The notes under the pieces were generated by a model. The model was not told the DNA's origin, ran no database searches, and saw nothing but the letters and a program-made list of their open reading frames with translations. 64,000 bases of DNA from an uncultured Duganella sp. (GTDB lineage: Bacteria; Pseudomonadota; Gammaproteobacteria; Burkholderiales; Burkholderiaceae_D): contig CBHWEO010000001.1 of NCBI GenBank assembly GCA_966112955.1, positions 35,548 to 99,547 on the forward strand, given 5' to 3'. The position numbers and the translations under genes are program-made. This document shows positions 13,171 through 21,848 of the stretch, one piece after another (positions within the stretch are counted from its first letter, which is position 1; each line of letters begins with the position of its first letter).

Positions 13171-15495
13171 TCATCGCGCGATGCTGGCGACTTCCCCGTC
13201 ACTCAGCGCGCTGCCGTAGATGCGCAGGTCGTCCATCGCGCCCTTGTAGGGCGTATCCCACCAGTTCACACCCAGGGCGAACATGCCATTCGGGCTGGTG
13301 AACACGTTCGGGAAGTTGGCGCCGCTGAAGCGCCGGGCGCCGTTGACGTACACGTTGACCGCGCCGTTCCTGACGGTGAAGGCGACGTGCGACCATTGCC
13401 CGACAGGGATGTTCATGCCCAGGCCAGCATCGTACCAAGCCGTGCCCGACCACAGCATGCTTGCCCCGCCCACGAAGTCATGCCCCTTGGGCAGGAAGCT
13501 GATCCACGAGTCGCCGGAACGGGCGCCGAAGAAGGTCGTGGTGAAGGCCGTCAGCTGCGCCGGTTTGAGCCACATGGCCACCGTGTAGTTGTTCGATGCG
13601 ATCAAGCCGTCCGGCAGGCGGATGCCGGTCGCGCCATTGAAGACGGCCGCACTGCCCTTCATGCCCGGCTCGTAAGCAAGGCTGCCGCCGGCCTGGTCGA
13701 TCCTGCCGCCGACGACCGTGCCCGCCGGGAACGCGCCGGTCGCGTCGTTCAGGGTGCCGTCGAACGTGTAATGCGCCACCATGCTGCCCAGCTTGCGGAC
13801 TGTGACGACGAAGGTCTTCACCGCCTTTGCGTGGCCCTTCGTAATGGTCGCCGTCAGCGTGAGGGTCACGTCGCCGGCCGGGCTGGTGACCTGGCCGCTG
13901 TTGCTCAACACCGCCGGATTCGATGAAGTCCAGGTGATCACGGAATCGCGGGCGGCGCTGGTCGGCAGCACGATGTCGCCCGTAATGGCATTGGTATTGC
14001 CCAGCGAAAGTTCGCTATACACCGCGTTCACCACTTGCATATCGCTGCGCTGGGGCAGGCGGCTGCCCATGATGGAAATGCCGTCGCGCGATGTCGCGGT
14101 AAAGGTCATCACGTAACTTTTGGACGTTTCATCCCACTGGTTCAGGAATACGCCCTTGAACGGCGGCGAGCCGGCCAGCGTGATTTCCGCCTGGTTGCCG
14201 CCGGCCAGCGCCCAGCTGCCGTTGACGGCGCCGCTGATGGTGCCGTTCGCATTCAGGGTCACCAGCTTCGACTTCTTGATCGTGGCGGAAATATCCTTGC
14301 CGTGGTTGACGAACAGGTAGTCGCCGAACACGAATCCGCGCTGCACCGGGCCCGCGGTTTCGTTGGTGTTCCGGTATGGCGCCACCACGGGCCAGCCGTC
14401 CGCATTCATGAACATCTGGTGGACGCGGACTTCATGCTGCTCGCCGCGCTCCGGGAAGCGGCTATGGAAAACCAGGAAATGCTTGCCTGTCGCCGCATCG
14501 TAATAGGCCGAGTTGTGGCCCGCCGATACATAGCCGGTGCCGATGCCGGTGCCCGCTTCTCCGATCTTGCGCTCGAACAGGAAGTTGCCCATGATTTTCA
14601 CGCCGTAGGGCGCAATCGAGGCATCGTCGAACAGCGGCTTGGACGGATCGGCCTTGACGTTGGCCATGTTCACGCCTTGCGCGTCGACATAGGGCCCGTC
14701 CGGCGTGGCGGAGCGCGCGACACGCATGTTGTAGCCGCCCGCCGCATCCAGGCCGCCGAAGGAGGCGAACAGGTAGTAGTACTGCGTCTTCGGGCTATAC
14801 ATCACGTACGCGCCTTCGATCCGGCTGTGGTTCCCGCCCACCAGGCGCTTGCCGTAGCCCTGCCCCGGCAGCGGCATGCCGGTGGCGGGGTTCATCTGCA
14901 GGATGAAGATCCCGCCCGAGTACGAACCATAGACCATCCACAGCCGTCCACCCTGGTCGAAGAAGACGTTCGGGTCGACGGTATTGGGATGCTTCTGCGC
15001 GTCGTAGATGGTGCCGTCGTAGCTGGCCTGGCCCCACATGCCCGACTTCAGGATGATGCCCTTGTTCACGTACGGGCCTTCGATATTGTCGGCCACCGCG
15101 ACGCCCAGCGCGGAGCGTGGCGAATCGCCCTTGCAGGCGTTGTAATACATGTAGTAGCGGCCATCCGCCAGGCGCACCACGTCCGGCGCCCACAGGGTGC
15201 TGGTCTGCGCCCAGCTGAACGCCTCCGCCAGTTCCGTGTAGACGTTCTTCGAACCGTTGAGGAACAGCTTGTTGGTGGCGCTGACGGAATCGGTGAGCTG
15301 GGTCCAGTTCATCAGGTCGGCCGACTTGGCCGATGCGAGATGGGAGCCGAAGACGTAGTAGGTGCCGCCGCTCCTGATCACGGAAGGATCATGGACGGAG
15401 GCGTTCTGGAAGGTGATTTGCGCCGCAGCGCCGAAGGAAAGCATGGAGGACGCCAGTAAGGCGGCTGCCCTCCATCGCGAGAAGGAATTGGTCAC
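13171..15495 (-). CDS. Secreted GH43 (endo-arabinanase-like) with C-terminal beta-sandwich, Ig-like and LamG domains
   Basis: VHDPS, WAPDV, VDPNVF, IEGAY and GHNS motifs; TWTSSNP Ig-like repeat; LamG end FKGAMDDLRIY-like. GTG start with GGAGA RBS. Confidence 0.88.
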   Translation of the reverse strand: MTNSFSRWRAAALLASSMLSFGAAAQITFQNASVHDPSVIRSGGTYYVFGSHLASAKSADLMNWTQLTDSVSATNKLFLNGSKNVYTELAEAFSWAQTSTLWAPDVVRLADGRYYMYYNACKGDSPRSALGVAVADNIEGPYVNKGIILKSGMWGQASYDGTIYDAQKHPNTVDPNVFFDQGGRLWMVYGSYSGGIFILQMNPATGMPLPGQGYGKRLVGGNHSRIEGAYVMYSPKTQYYYLFASFGGLDAAGGYNMRVARSATPDGPYVDAQGVNMANVKADPSKPLFDDASIAPYGVKIMGNFLFERKIGEAGTGIGTGYVSAGHNSAYYDAATGKHFLVFHSRFPERGEQHEVRVHQMFMNADGWPVVAPYRNTNETAGPVQRGFVFGDYLFVNHGKDISATIKKSKLVTLNANGTISGAVNGSWALAGGNQAEITLAGSPPFKGVFLNQWDETSKSYVMTFTATSRDGISIMGSRLPQRSDMQVVNAVYSELSLGNTNAITGDIVLPTSAARDSVITWTSSNPAVLSNSGQVTSPAGDVTLTLTATITKGHAKAVKTFVVTVRKLGSMVAHYTFDGTLNDATGAFPAGTVVGGRIDQAGGSLAYEPGMKGSAAVFNGATGIRLPDGLIASNNYTVAMWLKPAQLTAFTTTFFGARSGDSWISFLPKGHDFVGGASMLWSGTAWYDAGLGMNIPVGQWSHVAFTVRNGAVNVYVNGARRFSGANFPNVFTSPNGMFALGVNWWDTPYKGAMDDLRIYGSALSDGEVASIAR

Positions 15496-15616
15496 TTGTA
15501 GTCTCCACTGGTGTTGTTATGGTTTTACGGAGATTCAAGTTATCGCGCCACTATCCAGGTGTCCAATGACCTTTTCCGCCGCCGCGATAGCCAAACCGGC
15601 ATCGCAGCAGCAATCC

Positions 15617-16924
15617 TCATTCGGTATTGGTCGGCGCGCCCGTCGTTTCGCTGCTTGGCTGGCCGATGGCTTCGTTCGCGGGAGGCTTCACCTCGGCGCA
15701 TTCGTCGTCCAGCGGCAGCACGATCGGCACGCGCAGGCAGATGCTCTGCGTCGGCAGGACTTCGCCCCAGTCGCGGATCAGGTCGCGATAGGCGCTGCCC
15801 ACCGCACGGATATTGCGCTGCAGGTCGAACAGCCCGAGCGGGTTGACCGTACCGCGGTTCTCGCGCAAGGCGATGTCCCAATCCACCTGGTCGATCAGCG
15901 AGTACCAGGTGAAGCCGACGATCGGCACGCCATTATTGCGTACCCTCAGCACGTTGGCCCACTCCTTGTGCAGCCAGCGTACCGCCTCGTCGCCGTTCGG
16001 TCCTTCCATCAGGTTGGTCTCCGTATGCATGACGGGCAGCCGGTAGCGGTTGTAGTACTGGTGGGTGATGACCGCATAGCCGAACACCTCGCCGCATCCC
16101 TGCGTCGCGCCGTTGGCGCTGACGCGGTGCTCGTTGGTCATGTAGTAGTCATTCCCCATGATGCACTGATGCTTGAGGTTGTTATCGAGGAAGAAGTGGT
16201 ACTCATCGCGCGTCATGCCGTTATCCATCAGGTACTCGTAGATTTCCGAGTCGACGCGGCGGCCGTAATTCAGGTCCAGCGACAGGAAGCGGCGCGCATT
16301 GCGGAATTCGGCCTGCCCGATCGCAGCGGGGCTCTCGGCGTGGAAGTATTCGCTCGACTCGCTCTGGATGAACAGGGCGTCGGGCCGCACTTCCAGGATT
16401 GCGCGCATCGCCAGGATATTGGCCTTCACGATGTGCTTGATCGCGGTGACGAAGCCCCGGTCGGTCGCCATCTGCTCGTTCCACCAGCCGTACATGGCCG
16501 AGAACAAGGCGCAGATTTGCATCTCGTTGACGGGTGTGTACACCTGCACCCAGGGATAGCGCCGGGCGAAGGCCCGCGCATACTTCGCGAACTCCGCCGG
16601 AAAGTCGGGATTCTGGAAATTGCCGATCCAGTCGGGAACCCCGAAATGGCACAAGTCGGCAATGGCGATGATGTTCCTGCGCCGCAGGTCGCGGAAAGTC
16701 TCGTCGGCGAACGACCAGTCGTACTTGCCCGAACCGGTCCAGGCCAGGTGCAGCGGTGCCCCGTAGCGCAAGGCCCGGATGCCCATTTCCTCCACCAGGT
16801 CGAAGTCCTTGCGCCACAACTTGTAGTGGCCGCACTTCTCCATCTCATCCATCCGCACCCGGCCGTTTTCGATGGTGGGAATGCTGTTTTCGATCCCCGT
16901 GGCGAAGATAAACCCGTTGAACAT
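15617..16924 (-). CDS. Glycoside hydrolase family 1-like protein
   Basis: Start MFNGFIFATGIENS at 16924; acid/base TPVNEM; nucleophile MHTETN; GFTWYSLIDQVDW. Confidence 0.85.
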   Translation of the reverse strand: MFNGFIFATGIENSIPTIENGRVRMDEMEKCGHYKLWRKDFDLVEEMGIRALRYGAPLHLAWTGSGKYDWSFADETFRDLRRRNIIAIADLCHFGVPDWIGNFQNPDFPAEFAKYARAFARRYPWVQVYTPVNEMQICALFSAMYGWWNEQMATDRGFVTAIKHIVKANILAMRAILEVRPDALFIQSESSEYFHAESPAAIGQAEFRNARRFLSLDLNYGRRVDSEIYEYLMDNGMTRDEYHFFLDNNLKHQCIMGNDYYMTNEHRVSANGATQGCGEVFGYAVITHQYYNRYRLPVMHTETNLMEGPNGDEAVRWLHKEWANVLRVRNNGVPIVGFTWYSLIDQVDWDIALRENRGTVNPLGLFDLQRNIRAVGSAYRDLIRDWGEVLPTQSICLRVPIVLPLDDECAEVKPPANEAIGQPSSETTGAPTNTE

Positions 16925-17100
16925 GGCAAGCTCCCGCGAATCCGATATCGCACGATACCGTCTTCGGCCGGAATGCCTCGCCCGCTTGCCCGCCTTGCTG
17001 CCGGGGTCGCGCGGCCGCGCCGGCCCGGTTCGGGTTCTACGGTGCGTCCCGATAACGCCTCGCTTGCTAAGATGCGGCAAGGCATATCGAAGGAGACTGT

Positions 17101-17406
17101 ATGGAGCGCTTCCTGCTCGTCTATCGCGCCGAGCCTGCCGATCCTGGCGAAATCCCGCAGCACGACCTGCAGCAATGGACGCGCTGGTTTGATTCCCTGG
17201 GCGGCCGCCTGCTCGACCGCGGCAGCCTGTCGCTGGGCAGCGTGGAGATCGACACCCGGCTGGCGGGGCCGAAATCGTCCGGCAGTTCACTTGCCGGCTA
17301 CGCCATCGTCGCGGCCACGGACTTCAACGATGCCGTCGCCCTGGCCGAACAGTGCCCCATCTTCGACGAGCATGGCTCGCTCGAGATCGCCCACCTGGCA
17401 GAATGA
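17101..17406 (+). CDS. YciI/DGPF-family protein
   Basis: W..WF..LG, LAGY.IV.A.DF.DAV.LA..CP motifs; RBS AGGAGA. Confidence 0.8.
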   Translation: MERFLLVYRAEPADPGEIPQHDLQQWTRWFDSLGGRLLDRGSLSLGSVEIDTRLAGPKSSGSSLAGYAIVAATDFNDAVALAEQCPIFDEHGSLEIAHLAE

Positions 17407-17451
17407 CGGGCACGCAGCCGCCGCACTCCTTGCCCGCCCAGTCATGGAGCG

Positions 17452-17742
17452 TCAGCGCATGCTGCCCGCTTCCGCGCTGGCAGATGCCTTGGCGCCCTCG
17501 CTGCCTTTTTTCGCGGCCCCCTTGCGTGGCTTTTTAGCCGGAACCCACTGGCCTTTCCCATCCCGCATATGATTGTGCGGCAAGACGGCCGGCTTGGCGG
17601 GCTGCGCAGCGGATGCGGCAGGCTGCGCCTTGTCTTCGGCAGTTGCGGGTTTGGCAGGCGCTGCGTCCTGGCTCCAAGCGGTTTGTGCGCCCGCCAGGGC
17701 CAACATGGCTGCCACCAGCTTCATACTCGTTTGCGCTTTCAT
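17452..17742 (-). CDS. Small secreted Ala/Lys/Pro-rich hypothetical protein
   Basis: Signal peptide MKAQTSMKLVAAMLALAGAQTAWSQ; RBS AAAGGAA; FNR-type box 67 bp upstream. Confidence 0.7.
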   Translation of the reverse strand: MKAQTSMKLVAAMLALAGAQTAWSQDAAPAKPATAEDKAQPAASAAQPAKPAVLPHNHMRDGKGQWVPAKKPRKGAAKKGSEGAKASASAEAGSMR

Positions 17743-17802
17743 TTCCGTTCCTTTAAGGTTGTTCAGGTCGATCCAAGATAGCCGCCGCCCATGGGGGCGG
17801 CC

Positions 17803-17816
17803 ATGACTTGAATCAA
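17803..17816. promoter_or_regulatory. FNR/Anr-type box (ATGACTTGAATCAA)
   Basis: Matches WTGAY-N4-RTCAW; intergenic, upstream of 17742(-). Confidence 0.65.
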
Positions 17817-17856
17817 GTTCTCTCCCTCATCGCCCGCCTGGCCATTTGCATCCCAA

Positions 17857-17870
17857 TTGACTTGAGTCAA
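17857..17870. promoter_or_regulatory. FNR/Anr-type box (TTGACTTGAGTCAA)
   Basis: Perfect TTGAC-N4-GTCAA palindrome, 74 bp upstream of the 17938 ATG. Confidence 0.75.
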
Positions 17871-17937
17871 ATATCACTATGGCAAAGGCTGCCTGCCCCC
17901 CGTAAGCTAGTGCTATCGAGCACCTGGGAGCACGTGC

Positions 17938-19524
17938 ATGCCAATCCTGAGCCGCTTATGGCGCGTCAATGCCGCCCTGTGGGGATACCTGCTGTGGCTG
18001 GCCTGCGTGCGCCTGCACCTGTTGCGGCCCAGCGTCTCGCCCGGCCTGCGCTTTGCATCCACGCTTGAGGGCCTGGGCACCACATTCGTCAAGCTCGGCC
18101 AGGGCCTGAGCCTGCACAGCGAGCTGCTGCCGGATGACTTCATCCAGGCCCTGGGCAAGCTGCAGGAGCACGTGGCGCCATTTCCCGCCGAGCTCGCCCT
18201 GCGGGAAATCGAGCGCTCCGTCGGCCAGCCCTTGGCAGCGGCTTTTGCCGAAGTCGAACCGCGGCCGCTGGCCGCAGGTTCCATCGCCCAGGTACACAGC
18301 GCCGTACTGAAGGACGGCCGGCGCGTGATCATCAAGGTCAGGCGTCCCGGCATCCGGCGCCAGATCGAGCAGGACGTCCGCATCCTGCGCTGGTTCGTGC
18401 GCACGCTGCTGGCGGTACTGCCGCGCTTTCGGCGCCTGCTGTCGCTGGACCTGATCGACGAGCTGTCGCGCAACCTGCACCGTGAAATCGCCTTCCGCCA
18501 GGAAGTCGCGAATATTGCCTGTTTCGTCGAGTTGTTCCGCGATTCGCCCACCGTCCACGTGCCGGCGCCCGTGCCGGAACTCAGTTCGGACTGGGTGCTG
18601 GTGCAGGAAATGCGCGTCGGCCGCCGCCTCGACGATCCGGCTTCCCGCGCCGACGGCAAGCGCCTGGCGCAAAACCTGGTGGATGCCTATTTGCGGCAGA
18701 TCTTCACGGCCGGCGTATTCCATGGCGACCCGCATCCGGGCAATGTGTTCGTGCTGGAGGATGGGCGCCTGTGCCTGCATGACTTCGGCCTGGTCGGCGT
18801 ACTCGACCGCACCACACGCGCCAACCTCGCCAGCTTCATGCAGGCACTGCAGCACCAGGACGGCGAATGGCTGCTGGATGCCTGCCTTGACCTCGGTATC
18901 CTGCAAGGCCAGCTGGACCGCAATGTCTACCGTCGCAAGCTGGAAGAACTGGTGCAGGACTATGCCCGGCTGCCGCTGCGCGACTGGTCCTTCGGCCAAG
19001 CCTTCGTGCGCATCTCGCGCATGGGCCAGGGCCGCCACCTGCATTTGCCCCACAACCTGCTGGTACTGCTGCGCGCCGTGTTCCTGATGGAAAGCGCGGT
19101 GCGGATGCTCGACCCCGAGTTCAACCTGATGGAAGGCTTGTGCGCCAAGGCCGGCCAGGTGCTGTCGGCCAGCGCCGTACCGGCTTTCGACGAACTGGCC
19201 ACGCGCCTGAAGAGCGAGGCGCTGGCCTCGCTGCAGGAATTGCCGGCCACCGTCAACCGGCTGGCGCACCGCCTGCGCACCGACGGGCTGGCAATCACCT
19301 TCCACCACGCCGGGCTCGATGAAATCCACGGCGAAATGCGTCGGGCCAGCCAGCGCGTCGCCGCCGCCCTGATCGCGCTCGGCCTGTACATCGCGTCGGC
19401 CCTGGTGCTGCAACAGGATATCGGTCCGCGCCTCGGCGGCATGCCCTTGCTGGCAGCAGCCGGCTTCACCGTCGCCGCCTGGCTCACCTACCGCGTCGTG
19501 CGGGTACTGGACCGCAACCCGTGA
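17938..19524 (+). CDS. AarF/ABC1/UbiB-family atypical kinase
   Basis: LG.TFVKLGQ.LS, LAAGSIAQVH, VIIKVRRPGI, FHGDPHPGN and HDFGLVG; C-terminal TM hairpin. Confidence 0.92.
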   Translation: MPILSRLWRVNAALWGYLLWLACVRLHLLRPSVSPGLRFASTLEGLGTTFVKLGQGLSLHSELLPDDFIQALGKLQEHVAPFPAELALREIERSVGQPLAAAFAEVEPRPLAAGSIAQVHSAVLKDGRRVIIKVRRPGIRRQIEQDVRILRWFVRTLLAVLPRFRRLLSLDLIDELSRNLHREIAFRQEVANIACFVELFRDSPTVHVPAPVPELSSDWVLVQEMRVGRRLDDPASRADGKRLAQNLVDAYLRQIFTAGVFHGDPHPGNVFVLEDGRLCLHDFGLVGVLDRTTRANLASFMQALQHQDGEWLLDACLDLGILQGQLDRNVYRRKLEELVQDYARLPLRDWSFGQAFVRISRMGQGRHLHLPHNLLVLLRAVFLMESAVRMLDPEFNLMEGLCAKAGQVLSASAVPAFDELATRLKSEALASLQELPATVNRLAHRLRTDGLAITFHHAGLDEIHGEMRRASQRVAAALIALGLYIASALVLQQDIGPRLGGMPLLAAAGFTVAAWLTYRVVRVLDRNP

Positions 19525-19540
19525 ACAACAGGAGATTCCC

Positions 19541-20827
19541 TTGAGCCTTGACTTGGCCCCCACCACATTAAAAGAACAGCAATTGCTCGAACACTGGAAG
19601 GCCGACCCCACGGCCACTTACCGCAGCTGGTTCCTGTGGGCCGAGCGCCTCAAGAATTTCCGCTCGATTCGCCGCGGGTTGCAGGCGGTGGTCAAGGAGA
19701 TCCGCGAAAACAGCTTCGGCAACGCCTACCGCGGCTCGTCGCTCGAAACCGTGGTCCACTCGATCGCCGAGCAGCGCCAGATATTCAAGGGCGCCGACCA
19801 CGCATTTCTGTGGAAGCCCAAACTGCGTATCCCGGACATTTACGAGCATCGCGACAACCAGCTCGCCTTTGCACGCTTTCTCGACACCTGCCTGTGCTGC
19901 AACGCCGAAGCCGGCGTCGTGGAGGCGATCCGCGAACTCGATGCCCGCCAGATCAAAGGCCTGGGACCCGCCTGCGCCAACCTGCTGTATTTCCTGCACT
20001 CCACCCTGGTCCCGCCCAACAATACGGCGATCGTCAAGGGATTCAATGCCTTCTTTGGCGCCAGCGTCAAGCTGGGGCGGTGGAACGATTACCTCGCGAT
20101 GCGTGAGCGTGTCCTCGAGTTCAACGCAACGCACCGCAAGTGCCTGTCGAACGATCTCGGCGCTGTGGCCGGCTTTCTGTTCGACGTTGGCACGGGCCGC
20201 TATCCAGCAGTCGCCGGCCGGGCCGCCCCGCTCGACTGGCAAGCCGACCTGGCAAAAGCGCACGCCGAATCCGCGGCGGCGCAGCGGGCGCGCGTGGCCG
20301 CCAGCCAGAACGAGCAAACGCATACGCAGGTGCAAGGTTGCCTGCGGGACCTTGGCATGGCGCTTGGCTTCAGGGTGTGGGTAGCGAGCAACGACAAAAG
20401 CCGGCCCTTTGGCCACGGGCGCCTGGACGACGGCTGCCTGCAAGAGCTTCCGGCGTCCATCCGTGCCAGCGGCGCCGCCGACACCATCGCCTTGATCGAC
20501 GTGTTATGGCTCAACCGGGACTCCGGCCAGATCAGGATGGCATTCGAAGTTGAGCACAGCACCAGCATCTATTCCGGCATCGTCCGTATGCTGGACCTTG
20601 CCCTCGGCGTCCCGCACCACGAAGGGGCTGTCTTCTTCCTGGTGGCGCCGGACGCCCGCGAAAGCGAGGTGCGCGAGCAATTCGCCAGGCCGGCATTTTC
20701 GCGCGTCAAGGAACTCAACGTTCGCTACATCGGTTATGGCGAGCTGACCCGGCATAGCGAAGCCATTGCCCGCTTTGGCGATGGCGAAAAAGCCATCCTC
20801 GCCATTTCCAAACCGCTGGCATCGTAG
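19541..20827 (+). CDS. Putative nuclease: N-terminal HhH-like region + C-terminal PD-(D/E)XK restriction-endonuclease-like domain
   Basis: IKGLGPACANLLYFLH (HhH-like), HTQVQ..L..LG...G..VW, IDVLW and AFEVEHSTSIYSG. TTG start after AGGAGA. Confidence 0.6.
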   Translation: MSLDLAPTTLKEQQLLEHWKADPTATYRSWFLWAERLKNFRSIRRGLQAVVKEIRENSFGNAYRGSSLETVVHSIAEQRQIFKGADHAFLWKPKLRIPDIYEHRDNQLAFARFLDTCLCCNAEAGVVEAIRELDARQIKGLGPACANLLYFLHSTLVPPNNTAIVKGFNAFFGASVKLGRWNDYLAMRERVLEFNATHRKCLSNDLGAVAGFLFDVGTGRYPAVAGRAAPLDWQADLAKAHAESAAAQRARVAASQNEQTHTQVQGCLRDLGMALGFRVWVASNDKSRPFGHGRLDDGCLQELPASIRASGAADTIALIDVLWLNRDSGQIRMAFEVEHSTSIYSGIVRMLDLALGVPHHEGAVFFLVAPDARESEVREQFARPAFSRVKELNVRYIGYGELTRHSEAIARFGDGEKAILAISKPLAS

Positions 20828-20834
20828 GGCGGCG

Positions 20835-21500
20835 CTAAGGCTCCTGGACCTTGGTGGCCGGCACGCTGCCCCAGCGCGGCCAGAAGCGCGGGGTGGCCGC
20901 GGCATAGCGCCGGTAAGCGTCGCCGAATGCGTGCAGCGCCTCGCCTTCCTCCTGGCGTGCCAGCAAGACGTACATCACGCACAGCACGGGGAACATCAGC
21001 AGGGTCAGCAACGTCGGCCACTGCAGCAGGAAGCCGAACATGATCAGGATGAAGGCCGCGTATTGCGGGTGGCGCATGCGTGCATACCATCCGGTGGTCG
21101 CCAGCCGGTGCGCGCGCTGCGCTTCATACAGCACCCGCCAGGCCGAAGCCAGCAGCAGGAAGCCGCCAAAGATGAACAGGTTACTCAGCAGATGGAACGG
21201 CCCCCAGTGCGGGTTGGCCTTCCAGCCCAGCAGCATTTCGAGCAGGTGGCCAGCGTCGTGCGAGAGCCAGTCGATGCCGGGAAAATACTGCTTCAGCCAT
21301 GGCAGCAGCAGGTAGATCGTCAGCGGGAAGCCGTACATCTCGGCAAACAGCGCCACCAGGAATCCCGAGAAAGCGCCAAACGAGCGCCAGTCGCGCCGGG
21401 TCCGCGGTGTATAGAAGCTGAGCGCGAACACGATGAAAATGGCCGAATTGAGAAAGGCCAGCGACCACAGGCCATATCCCGCTTGCGTAGCGTGGTTCAT
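20835..21500 (-). CDS. Isoprenylcysteine carboxyl-methyltransferase (ICMT/PEMT) family membrane protein
   Basis: [15 protein letters not shown], and EE..AL..FG..Y..Y...TPRF.P at the C-terminus. Confidence 0.88.
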   Translation of the reverse strand: MNHATQAGYGLWSLAFLNSAIFIVFALSFYTPRTRRDWRSFGAFSGFLVALFAEMYGFPLTIYLLLPWLKQYFPGIDWLSHDAGHLLEMLLGWKANPHWGPFHLLSNLFIFGGFLLLASAWRVLYEAQRAHRLATTGWYARMRHPQYAAFILIMFGFLLQWPTLLTLLMFPVLCVMYVLLARQEEGEALHAFGDAYRRYAAATPRFWPRWGSVPATKVQEP

Positions 21501-21704
21501 TCACTCCTCCCTTGCCCCGTTGCGCTCGCGGCCGTGATGGTGCTTGCCGTGCCCGCGGTGCATCAACAGGTGCATCAGGGGGCAGGCCAGGAACAAGGCG
21601 TATGGCAGGAACGCCACCAGGTGGGCACGGTGTTCCGTCCACAGGAAGTATGCCGCCACCGCCAGGAATCCCCCCAGCACCAGGCGGTACGTGGTATTGC
21701 TCAT
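21501..21704 (-). CDS. DUF2933-type small membrane protein (67 aa)
   Basis: MSNTTYRLVLGGFLAVAAYFLWTEHRAHL...LACPLMHLLMHRGHGKHHHG; abuts the ICMT start. Confidence 0.85.
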   Translation of the reverse strand: MSNTTYRLVLGGFLAVAAYFLWTEHRAHLVAFLPYALFLACPLMHLLMHRGHGKHHHGRERNGAREE

Positions 21705-21773
21705 GACGTGCTCCCATGCGTTCAGGGACCAGCCCCGATGGCCCACTGTACGACCGCGCGGCGATCGCAGTCC

Positions 21774-21787
21774 TTGACCTGGATCAA
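21774..21787. promoter_or_regulatory. FNR/Anr-type box (TTGACCTGGATCAA)
   Basis: Near-perfect consensus, centred between the divergent starts 21704(-) and 21849(+). Confidence 0.8.
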
Positions 21788-21848
21788 AATCGCCACACAG
21801 GCGGGCGGCGCCACCGCAAAGCGGCGCGGGCGGCATACAATCACTGGC

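Noticed and set aside
19541-20827. Complete type II restriction-modification system
   Set aside because: No DNA methyltransferase motifs (FGG/DPPY/PC) are nearby. The ICMT-family and MAT genes are not DNA MTases.
20766-21848. Apparent 360-aa N-terminal extension on the MAT ORF
   Set aside because: It overlaps two well-supported minus-strand genes; MAT homology begins at about 21849.
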